A stretch of DNA of 64,000 nt from NCBI GenBank assembly GCA_001179505.1, contig CDMY01000483.1, positions 1 to 64,000 of the forward strand. Direction: 5' to 3'. Shown one piece after another: positions 11,677 to 23,300 of this stretch (position 1 is its first letter; every line of letters starts with the position of its first letter). Source of the DNA: Vitrella brassicaformis CCMP3155. Lineage: Eukaryota > Protista > Chromerida. The position numbers and the translations under genes were made by a program. Under the pieces are notes generated by a model, which did not search any database, was not told the DNA's origin, and saw only the letters and a list, made by a program, of their open reading frames with translations.

Positions 11677-12929
11677 ATGGGTCACATTGAACGTGCGGCG
11701 CAGCTGCTGCGCACGTGTGACGGGGTCCTGATCATGGCCGGAGCAGGGATGGGCGTCGACTCAGGTACTCAGATTCACTCATTTGAAGAAAAGATGATTC
11801 TCACACAGACGACGGGAGGTGGCTTGGATGGATGGGTGTGTGTCGTTTCTGCCTGTCGTGACCTGACCCAGGTTTGCCTGATTTCCGTGGGCCGGAAGGC
11901 TTTTGGCGTGCCTATCCGCCGTTCCGGTCGCTGGGTCTGCATCTGGAGGACATGTCCAATCCCCAGTGGTTCTATCAGGACCCACCGCTCGCATGGGGAT
12001 TCTTCGGACACAGGCAAGTGAAGTGGCGGGCGTGCACATGCACCTCCCATACAGCCAGCACACTGCCTGCCGTTGGTTGGGATATATGAGCCAATCGTGC
12101 AGCAAGTGGTCTGTGTGTCGGTCTGTGTGGTGCCGGGGTGGCCTGGCAGGTATGGCCTCTACACCAAGGCGACGCCCCATGACGGCTTTCGGATACTGCT
12201 CGACATCGGGCGGGCCAAGGAGAGGGCGCGAGAGGGCAACAAACCCTCTTTCTTCGTCTTTACAAGCAATGTAACGACAGACAGACAGGCAGGCAGACAG
12301 ACAACGCTGTGTGCGTGAGTGTGCGTGTGCGTGTGTATGTGTGTCCTTGATCAAAGGTGGATGGTCAGTTCCAGCGTCAGGGGTTCGAGGAGGACCGCAT
12401 CGTCGAGTGAGTGAGTGAGTGAGTGAGTGAGTCGTGGAGATGACCGCAGCCAACCGACATCCAAACACACCACATGTGAGGTGTACCTGGTTTGTTTCTT
12501 GGTTGTGTCTGTCAGGTGTCACGGGTCGATCCACTTCATGCAGTGCACCGACTGTCGTCTGCCGCAGTGCCGGGAGATCTACCCCGCTGAAGACCTCGAC
12601 AAGATACAGGTCCGTGACTGCAGTGCACACACTCGCCTGGCGCGCGCGTGTGTGTGTGCGTTGACTGGTGGTTGGTTGGCCTCGTGTATGTGTGTGCAGG
12701 TGGACGAGACCACGATGCGTGCCTCCTCTGTGCCGCAGTGCCGTGGCTGCGGCACAAACGTCGCCAGACCGGTACACGACTGAGTGAGTGAGTGAGGGAG
12801 TGGATCAAAACCAGAGACTCACACGTGGGGTGTGGTGTCTGCCTGTCGGCGGCTCTGTCAGAACATCTTGATGTTTGGTGACTACGGGTGGCTGAGCGAA
12901 CGGACAGACGTATGTGCGCAGCCAACACA

Positions 12930-12961
<32 letters not shown>

Positions 12962-13567
12962 TGCAGGCTCCCCCCACACAGCACCGTGTCCGTCTTTGCC
13001 AGGCTCAGTACGAGCGGTACGAGGCCTTTCTTGCCGCACAGAAAGGTACACACACGAGAGAAGAAGCCACGTACTCTACTCGCACACAGAGGCGTGTGCT
13101 GTCTGTCCTGCTGTGCCTGTCTGTCTGTGTGTAGGTTCGAAGCTGGCCGTAGTTGAGTTCGGTGCGGGCCTGCATGTGCCGACCGTGAGAAGGCAGAGTG
13201 AGTGAGCTAGGGACACCAAACCACTCTGATGTGTCAACTGGCCTGTGTAAATGTAATGTGTGTGCGTCAGGCGAGTACATAGTCTCCCGCGGCCGGTCGA
13301 CGGGCGAGTACGAGGCATCGCTCGTACGCGTCAACCCACGAGAATCGCAGACACCAAAGGGGTGAGGGACAGCACACAAACAGCCATAACACAACCAACA
13401 CACTAGCGGGTGTGCTCCATCTATGTATGCTGTTCTCTCTCTCTGTGTTCAGCGATGAGTACCTGGGAGTCGACATCGGGGCTCTCGAGTTCATGAAGTC
13501 CGTCGAACCACACCTGCAAGACGTCCTCACTGCGAGCAGCGGCGGGTCAGTCTACACATATGACTAG
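11677..13567 (+). CDS. Sir2-family NAD-dependent deacylase (sirtuin), ~11 exons
   Basis: GVLIMAGAGMGVDSG-LPDFRGPEGFWRAYP, WGFFGHR, FVFTSN-VDGQF, E-CHGSIHFMQCTDC...CRGC (Zn), ARP-NILMFGD, VVEFGAGLHVPTVRRQ, LVRVNPRE. Confidence 0.95.
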
Positions 13568-14630
13568 ACAGACAGACAGACAGACAGCCAGGCAGCATCT
13601 CTCGAGAGCCATGCGGGCAATTGCCTACCCTCATCGGTTCCAACGGGGTGCGATACGGCGAGCTGCGGCCCATGACTGCAACAGGGCGTGCAGCACCCCC
13701 ACCTGACCGACAGCCCCACCGTACCTATGGGGCTCATCGGCCACACACGGGGGAAACACATCCAGTCCACGAATGTGTGTGTGTCGTGTCATGCCTGTCA
13801 TGTATTGTATGCGAGTGTTCGTTTGGCTATACATACCGCTGGCTTGGCTGACTAATCGTTCGTGTGTGTTTGTGTGTGTGTATGTGTGTGTGTGTTTGCA
13901 GGTGATGTGAGCGGCCTGAGAGAGAGAAAGCTTGTTTTGTCAATGTGCTTCTTGTCCGTTGGTCGGACTTGCCACCTGCCTTGCCGGCTGCCTTGCCTGC
14001 CTGTCGGTATCTATCGTATCGCTGTCGTGCCTGCCTGCCTGTCTGCCTGCCTGCCTGCCGGTGTCCTCATTTCCCGAGGTGTGTGAGATGTGTGGTTGTT
14101 GAGTCCACTGCTCTGTAAGAGTGCCACTGCCACGTGTCGGCATCGATTTGGTGAATGAGATCATGTTTGTCACTTGAGAGAAGGAAGAAGAAAAGTAGAC
14201 AGACAGATGTGCAAGTAAGTGCATGCATGGATCTGTGGGACTTACACCATTCCATCACCACATAGGACATTCCGAGTAAGGGGCACCCACTGTGTGGGCA
14301 CCCCGGGCCGCGAATTGGGCGGGGATCGAAAGCAGCGTGCGAAGTGGCGGTCAATTATGCGTCACAGAGACGTGCACAGCAAAAGTGGTGGCGAGAAGCA
14401 CACCGACGCATGCAACAATAGCGAGAGTGTCAAAAACATGCAGACAACAACGGCGGGAGCTTGAAAAACATGCAGATCTCGAAGACAGACGTGGCGATAA
14501 CACGCAGGTACTCAGAGGGCTGCAGTAAGAACACAAGACACGCCCTTGTTGAAGACGTGCTTCGCAAAGTATATCAATGCATCGCTGGATGCAATTGGAT
14601 GTGCCTGTTGAAGGGGATATCGAAGACTGC

Positions 14631-14930
14631 NNNNNNNNNNNNNNNNNNNNNNNNNNNNNNNNNNNNNNNNNNNNNNNNNNNNNNNNNNNNNNNNNNNNNN
14701 NNNNNNNNNNNNNNNNNNNNNNNNNNNNNNNNNNNNNNNNNNNNNNNNNNNNNNNNNNNNNNNNNNNNNNNNNNNNNNNNNNNNNNNNNNNNNNNNNNNN
14801 NNNNNNNNNNNNNNNNNNNNNNNNNNNNNNNNNNNNNNNNNNNNNNNNNNNNNNNNNNNNNNNNNNNNNNNNNNNNNNNNNNNNNNNNNNNNNNNNNNNN
14901 NNNNNNNNNNNNNNNNNNNNNNNNNNNNNN
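14631..14930. other. Assembly gap (300 N)
   Basis: Run of n. Confidence 1.
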
Positions 14931-16194
14931 GCGCAAGCGGGAAGCAGCAGACAGTCGATGGTAACCGCATTTGCAGAGAGGAGTCTTGCAAGCATATCCA
15001 CTACCAAGTCCATTGCACGATAGTCGGCGAGATCTCTTTCGTTAAGCGCCAGAAGCTCGACAAAGTTGATGCGGCACTGAGGGACCTGCGAAAAGGCACC
15101 CAAGAAGGACCAAGCTCAACCAGCTGCATGAACGGACAAGAGAAACATCCCATCCACCACAAACTGGCGCGTTCGTGCGTTGTTCATTCAGTGGATGCTT
15201 CTCGTTACGGATCTTGCTTTTTTTAAGAAGTTCGCGCCCAGAGAGACCCTTATTCGTTGATTTTCTCCGCGCAAAAGAACCGCGATCTTTTTCAAGCTGC
15301 AGCGGTTTCAGGGAACACCCTAGACGGCCTGACGGCCAAGCTTTTCTTCACTAACGTGCCGCTTTAGGGTACATCAGTTTAACGATTACTTGTCCAAACG
15401 TGACAAAAAAACACAGAAGCTGTTCGACATATTCACGTGTCTGTAGTAGTGCGAGCAACACACCACCGCTACCGATTTTCCTTTTTTCTTCCATACGATC
15501 GCGATCGAACGTTTTGTCTGCCGGACGTGTTGTTTCTTAAAGACGCAAATCGGGCACTAGCCCAATTCGCGGACACAGCCATTCGTTCTCATTGCAAAGG
15601 AAGCTTCGCGTGCAGGCCTAGACGCATGTGTGGCCTGGTGACCTGCCCCACGCATGACTCACAAAGCCTCCGCTCCTTCCGGAGGCTCCTCCATCCGCAG
15701 CCATCCATTTGCGAGCTACGCGAAGATCTGGAATTTCAGTCGGGAAACGACACGCCTGGAAGCAACGACCAAGACAGTCCCCATCTCGCGTCGAAGACAG
15801 TACTGCTCGAATTTGTGCCCCTTGGCCACTGCGAGTGAACGGACATCCCTCTGGATCTCCCTCTGGATCTCCCTGAAATCAGTGGTGGTGATGGTGGTCT
15901 TCATCAGCGGCTTATCATGATGCATGTGGCCGGAGCAAATCTCTTGTCGGGGAATGGCTTGGCTGACGAGATCGCCGCGGCTCTACGAGAGAAGCAGCGA
16001 CCCACGGTGCGGTGAGGAAGCTGAGGACCGCTGAGGCAGCCACTGGCACGACAAGCCAGCATCGGAGACGGTGTATCTGGCGGCCGGCTGAACGACGGAC
16101 GGCAAACGGAGCTGCTCGCTGCACCGCACGTGTGTGTGTGATAACATCTTTATCTCTTACGGTGATGGTGCGGTGAATTGCGGCCGTTGGTGAG

Positions 16195-19100
16195 ATGATG
16201 CAGCGTCCTCTGCCTCCGCCGCCCCCCCGTTCGGCCATCCACCAGCACCCGCCGGCGCCCTTGCAAATCGATACCCGCACGCCGCCACAGCCGGTGGGCG
16301 GGGTGGCCACATGGCAGGGCACCAGGGACAGGCAACGATTTGCCTCCATGCCCGCATCCTCTCCGCCACCCTTCCCGCCGCCCGGCCACAATGTATCCGG
16401 CGACCAGTCTCAGCCACACCCGCAGCAGAACTATCATCTCCACGGTGTGTCTGCCAGTGGTGGGTCGTCTCGAGAGAGGAGGCGCGATCGAGATAGAGAT
16501 AGAGAGAGGGAGAGGGAGAGGAGGGCCGATGAGGTCATGGAGATGGCCAACCAGCACTCCCACATCAAGAGTGAGGGGAGCTGCCTGAGCACTAACTGGA
16601 CCACAAACGGCTTGTCATCTCATCTTCCTGTGGCTGTGTGTGTGTGTGTGTGCAGATGCCCCTGCCCATTTCCCGGTGCCCTCTCCTCCGTCGAGCACGC
16701 CGTCATCGGGCAACCGCGATAGGGACCTCGACCGGCGCACCACGGCCGTCCTCAGCGGCGTGTACCACCACCCGCTGCCCCTCCCTCTCGACCGCAATAT
16801 CAGCGATCCATATGACGCCGCAGCAGCGGAGATGGCCCACTCCTCCTCCGCTCCCTATGCCCATTCTTACCAGCAGCAGCAGCAGCAGCACATGCAGATG
16901 CAGCATCATCCATTCCCCCATCCGCCCCCTCCGCCCCACCCTCCACCCACATTGCCATCACAGCAGCAGCAGCACCAGCCGATCCCCCACCACCATCCTC
17001 ACACCCGCAACGTGGCGGCCGAGCATGTCGTGATGCCTTATCCTGTGGACGAGGAGGCACAAGACATCGATACACCATCAGCAGCCGCGGCAGGGAGGGC
17101 GAGGGCCCGCTGCCGCATCGCCAACAAGGCCATGAAGGCCTCGCCCTCACCCGAGAGAAGGCAGCAGCAAGACGCCTCCACGTCCACGCCATCCCACCAC
17201 CAGCATCAGCATCAGCAGCAGCAGCCCCCAGACCCCCCCCAGTCGCTGCAGGAGGGCCGCATGAGCCGCAAGAAGATCCAGAACCAGCCCATTCGAAGGC
17301 GTCCATCGCCTGTGGACACATCGGCAGCGGCTGCACGACCACACATGCCCCCTTATCCCCACGCGGCCGGGGGTTTCTTCGCCACCATGCTCAACGACAT
17401 CCGCGACAGGATGGCCGACAGTGTGGGTCGGTATACCGGGACCGGGGGCTGGGAGGAGGGCATGCAGGGCGGCGGGGAGAGGGTGGTGTGCACCGACCCG
17501 GCCACATCGGGCAGCCCCAGGCTGCTCGACGTGCCGGCAGACACCCTCAACATCAACCAAGTGAGCGAGAAAGAAAGGAGGCATGGACAGCACACCACAC
17601 GGTTCCCTCATCTGTCGCTCTTTCACAGATTTTCGAGAATGCCTATCGTGTGGCTCAGCGTGAGATCGCCGCCCTCCGCAAGGCCAGGGGCCGCAGCGTG
17701 TCACCAGTGCGTGGGCCGCGTGATGGTGACGGCGATGCTGGCCACGGCGGGAGCGACGCAGCCGCAGCAGCCGCAGCAGCTGAGCCGCCCTTGCCCGAGT
17801 GGGGGCCGACGGGCGACACCACATACCTCCAGATGCTGTAAGAAGCGCCACGCCACACCGAGCAACATCGCAGCACACATGTGTGGGTGTGTCATGGATA
17901 CCGCAGGGACGAGGAGGTGCGACGCAGCAACCAGGTGGCCTCTCTATCGTATGCGAGCGACTCCGTCGATATCGAGGAGGGCGACTCGGCAAATGCGGAC
18001 GAGCCGGTGGCTGATGGCGAGGGCGACACTCCAGCAGCAGCAGTGGCTGCACCTGGTGCAGCTGGTGAGACATCCGCGGCATCAGACCCCTTGCCCGACA
18101 CCGATCGCATCACGAGCCTGCGGCCCAATCGGCCGGAAGAGGACCCCTCGCTGCCCAGCCTCGAGCTGGTAATGCACACTCATCCATCCATCCATCCATC
18201 CATTTATCCGTCCCTTCTTGTGCTGTGTTGTGTTGTGGTTGTGTTGTTGTGTGTCAGTTCCTGGACCGTTGGTATCAGCTGACGGTGAGCCGACCCGTGG
18301 CCCCATCGGACGAGACGGAGGACTGGCCGCACGCCGACGGCCCCTCCTACCTGGAGCTGCTGGCGCAGGACCTCGAGTCAGCCACGGCCGCCATCCCGCC
18401 GGTCCCACCAATACACCCGGTGTTTTATGGCGCGAGGGCGGCCTACATCAACCCTAGCGCCAGCCAAAGGTGGGTGGGTGACCACAGAGAGATGGAGAGA
18501 CGGAGGGAGGGAGGGAGGGAGGGAGGGAGGGACAATGGGTCGATCACGTGTCCACACACCTTGCACCTCTCTCTCTGTGTCTTCGTGTGTGTGTGTGGTC
18601 AGCCTGCCGTCATCTCCCTCGTCTGCCCCAAAGGGCCCCCCACAGGCGATCCCTTTCCCAGTGCTCGCAGCCGCAGAGGCCCCGCTGCCGGCCGGCTGGG
18701 CAGTGGCGATGCCCGCCGCCATCCACCCGGACACCGGACACCCCTCCCGGCCCCTCGCACGGACGCTCATCCAGCTGCAGCACCAGCAGCGGCTCTCGAC
18801 CATCCCTCCGCACCCCGTGTTGGCGCAGTCGCCGGATGAGTCGGTCGCACATGACGGCAGGAGGGTGCAGCGGGTGGAAATGGGGACAGCCATGCAGTGG
18901 CCGCCCGTCTGCAACGGTGAGTGAGCGAGGCAGCGGACAAGACACACACAGAGAGGAAAGGACTGCAAGCCCGATGGGGTCTGTCTGCCTCTCTCTCTCT
19001 CTCTCTCTGTCTGTCTTTCCGTCTCAAGGCGTCCGCCCTCATATGGGGACTCCGTTCGACACGCCCTACCCCGAGCACTACGCCGGTCTCCGAGTGCGGC

Positions 19101-21339
19101 ACCACACGACCGCCTCATCGACAGGCAACAAACCCTCCCGCCCTCCCACAGACGAGTGTGAGGCCCTCATCGCCAATAACAACAATGTTAGCGATCCGGA
19201 GCAGCCCGCCCCGCCCCCCACTGACCCGGAGGTGCCTGTGCTGTCGGTGGGCAGTGGCATCACACCAGACAGAGAGGGTGGTGGTGGTGGTGGTGAGAAG
19301 GAGAGCCAGAGGGAGAGGGGGAGGGTGGAGAAGGCGACGTCGCCCATGTCGATTGTCGGGCCTGTGGACACGGCTGTGGGTGTAGGAGTTGCGGAGCCGT
19401 TCGTGCGGTCCCAGTCGATGCACGGCGGGGGAGACGGTGGGGGAGGGGGAGGGCACCCCAACTCCTCCACACTGCCCCGACAGACACCGGCAATCCTCCC
19501 CCCTCTCAATTGGGACTCCCCCGCTATCCACGCAACATCAGCAGCAGCACCAGCAGCATCAGCCCCGCAGCACCCATTGCGACAGCACGGCCATCCCCTG
19601 CCCGTGTATGACCCCATGGGCGACAGGGGGCCGCCCTCTGCGAGGAGGAGGATATCGAATCAGCCGCATCGGCGCGATGCTGCTGATGCGGCCAATCAGG
19701 CGTCTGTGTCAATGTCGCCGACTGAGGGCGATCGCGTGTCTGACCGCGGTGGGAGGGAGAGGGAGAGGGAGAGAGGGGGGCGGCGGGGTGCTGGGGGCGT
19801 CGTTGGTGGTCTGTTCCAGCTCTATTTGTCGCGCACACCTGCTGACCTCACCGACGAAGAGGTCAGTCGATTCGTCCGTCAACACATGAGTGTATGTCTC
19901 TCCCTCTGTGTCGGTTGGTCAGTTGGTGCATCACGTGAGTCGTGTGTTGGAGCCGGTCGGCGGCCACGCCAAGCTCATCAACCGCCCGATGCTCGCCTCC
20001 CACAACCAGATGAGCTCCAACCGCACCAACAGGACCACGCCCACCGACCGGCCCCTCTTCGCATTCCTCACCGTCGACTGCGCCGCCAGTGCTGCCCATC
20101 TCGTCAGGACCGGTCTCACCTGGCCAGACGGCACGCAATCACGGGTCGAGTATCGCAAGGAGCGCCCCAGCCGCTCGCACAATCCCTCCCAGAGCCCCTC
20201 ATCGTCCGCCCATCCCCACCCGGCAGCCCTGCCCTTGTTGAACATGACGACAGGCAGCCAGACGAGCCTGAGCCAGCACTCTCTGTCGGTACACACACCG
20301 AGTGGCGGAGACGACACCACGTCGCACCTGATCGCGGCCTACCCGCCCCCGCCGCCCCATTTTCCCGGCATGGGCATGGCCATGGGCGTGGGCGTCCACG
20401 GCAGGCGCATGTCGGATGTCAGCGTGGGCATTGCCCCAACAGCGGCGTCCCATCCCCATCCCCATCCCCACCACGCCAGCCTGGATTTCCCCAACAGGCC
20501 GGCCGCGGCGATGATGGACCATCAGCTGTACATTCCCTCAACGAGCTCGTCATTATCCAACCTTCCCATGGTTGGCGGTGTTGCAGGGCTGGGTGGCGGG
20601 ACCATGTCGCCATCGAGCACGCCGACGCACGAGATCGACGCGGCCACCATGGGCATGGGCATGGGAATGGGAATGGGCATGGGAATGCCTGGCGGTCGGC
20701 CGTCGTTCCACCCGCCCCCGCCGCCACCACTGCAGCAAGTGCACGCGCACAGCTCGCCATCGACTTCCCAGAGCGGTGGTGGTGGTGGTGTGGGTAAGAG
20801 GGGCCGGCGGCCTAGGGAGGACCCTCATGCAGCAGCGGTCATGCACACGGGCATCAACCACCACCAGCAGGTCAGTAACTGCACACGCGGATGGATGGCC
20901 AAGTGAGAGGTTGTTCCTGTCTTCTGTGTCACACATGCAGATGGTGATGGTCCCGAGCTACCCGTCTGCCCCTCTGCCCGACCTCACCGCGATGCCCTTT
21001 GGCATCCCTGCCCCCCATATGGTGCACGCGCCGAGCATGCACCATTCGGTCGACCATGCCGCAGCAGCAGCGGCTGCAGCAGCAGCTGCTGCAGCAGCCA
21101 TGGACCCGCACGCACACCCGCACCACCCTTACATGCCCACACAGCACCACCACCAGAAGATATCGCCCCATGCGTCTGTCGCCCATTCCCACCACGGGAG
21201 CGGCACCATAGATGCGGCGAGAGCGATGGGCAGGGGCCTCGGGGTGGCACGGCATGTGTCGGGTGGGTATCCGGGCCATGGCGGTGGTGGTCATGGTGGG
21301 CAGCCGGGGATGCCGCAGACACACAGCTTCTATCGGTGA
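16195..21339 (+). CDS. Large Pro/Gln/His-rich low-complexity protein with one RRM-like domain (~19810-20160)
   Basis: Long exons with polyQ, polyA, RD/RE and MG repeats. Spliced LFQLYLSRTPADLTDEE-LVHHVSRVLE...RPLFAFLTVDCAASAAHLVRTGLTWPDGTQSRVEY fits RNP2/RNP1 spacing. Confidence 0.6.
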
Positions 21340-22436
21340 TTGATCGATCGACTGATTAGCGGTGCAAGCGGTCTTTTTCTGTCGTCTTGTGTGTGGGGCT
21401 GTGGGAAGGGGTGGAGGGAGGGAGGGAGGGAGGGGAAAGGGCGTACGTAGCCGGGTAGAAGGGTATGGGCAGTATCTCGCCTTTGTCTGTGGCTGTGTGT
21501 GGAGGCATCCTCAGGTTTTAAGAGGCTTGCTCCCATACCTTGGCAGAGGCAACACAGACAGAGACGTCGACAGACAGACAGACAGACAGACAAGAGTGTC
21601 ATTTTGTATCCATCCCTGCAAGCGTGCCGGTGTGGCCGCGTGGGTGTGTGTCGTGTGTCGTGTGTCGCTTATCGTGTTCCAGAGCCCCTCTGCCCCCCAG
21701 ACAGACAGACAGACAGACAGACACACACTACAGAAAGGCAGCAGCGACATTGTCGATCGGTGGTCCCCTTCGTACGCCCTCGTGGCTATATACCATAACA
21801 CTACATATACATTACTTACATCCAGTGCGACTCATTTAAGCGAGCGCATGACCACTCACTCAGTCACTCAGTCACTCAGCCGATGAGATCATTAGTGCCT
21901 TTCTGCCTTCCTCCCTCCCTCCCTGGCTGAACGATCTGCTAGAGTCATTTTTCTCTCGGTGGTGTGGTGTGGTTGGTGTGGTGTGGTGGGCGATTGGCCA
22001 GCTGAGTGGCGTGATTGATCAATCGAGTAGCCTGCATCGACCGACCTGCCGAGGGGCGACTGAGTGGGTGAGTGAGTGAGTAGTAGAGAGGGAGACGGGG
22101 CGGTGTGCTGTGTGTCGCTGGCCGCCCTTTTTTGGGAGATGTTTTGTTGCGCTGTGTTGTGTTGTGTTGTGTTGTGGCTGTGGCTGACGGGAGAGGCCGG
22201 GCCGTGTGTAAGCAAAGAAAATGGTTGTCAATTCGACAGGGTGTCGTGTGGTTTGGTGTGTGTCCGTGAGGGTGCCAATGCGCTGCGTGGGTGACTGTAT
22301 GGCAATATCGCATACACGATCACACACATCAGGCGTCCATCCATCCATCCACTTACTCACTCACTCACTCAGAATCACGGACGGACGAGCAACGGAGGGA
22401 GGGAGGGAGGGAGGGAGGGAGGCATGCACCAGACAG

Positions 22437-22470
<34 letters not shown>

Positions 22471-23300
22471 TACCGACACTGTTTGACAGGGGGTATTTTT
22501 CTGAGTGAGTGAGTGAGTGAGTGTGAGTGCGCCGTTTTGTGTGTCTTGTTCGTTCGTTCCTTTCCCTGCATGGCTTGATTGAGTGCTCCAACCTTACTTA
22601 AGTACTTTGGGCTACTGACTGACTGAGTGATGCGTTGCAATGCGCTCAAAGCTGATTTTCGTGCGAAAGTGGAGTGAGTGTGCGCCTGCATGAGTGTGTG
22701 TGTATGTATGTGTGTTTCCATAGCTGTTCGTTCATTGCAGTGAGTGTGTGGCTGTGAGTCGTTTTACAAGTGTCAGAGTGGCCGGGGCGGGTTTGGTGAG
22801 AGAGTGCCCTGTGTGTCTTTCTGTGTGCGAGTGGGCGTGGGCGTGGCGGTCGGTGTGTGTCCGGTGCTATCTGTGCGATGCATCGGATGGGTGGCGTCTT
22901 GCCTTGTGGGCCTGCTTGTTTTCCTACAGTGACGCTGATTGATTGATGTGATGCGCCCGTGTGTGTGTGTGTGTGTGTGCATGTCGTGTAGACACAGAAT
23001 TGACTGAATGTCACCTCTTTCGACACTCGTGTCATTCATCCACCGTTGCGAACTCGTTGAGAACTCATTGTTGCGAATGAATGCGAGCTTAGAGAGGAGA
23101 AAACGATCGCAATTTCGCGATAAATCTCGACTAGTATAGTCTATCCGCGCTCTTTCTCCCGTTGTAGCTTCTACGGCAATCGCGAGTGACAGAGCAGCTG
23201 TCGGAAACCCCTCTCTCTCCCCCCGGGTGACCCCCACTTCACGACTTCAGGACTGGGAGCGGGCGAACTTTGCAACTTTGCAACCACCACAACAGCCGGC

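Noticed and set aside
6680-13145. GGTTCGA matches (~6686, ~12383, ~13135) as tRNA T-loops
   Set aside because: No cloverleaf stems or A-box; the matches lie in coding or repeat context.
14351-15103. 250-aa minus-strand ORF spanning the gap as a defined gene
   Set aside because: About 40 percent of it is N, it has no recognisable motif, and codon usage is atypical.
18548-20797. 749-aa ORF (and similar 400-500 aa ORFs) as single-exon genes
   Set aside because: They read through microsatellite introns and switch between real and shadow frames; GC-rich DNA yields long spurious ORFs.
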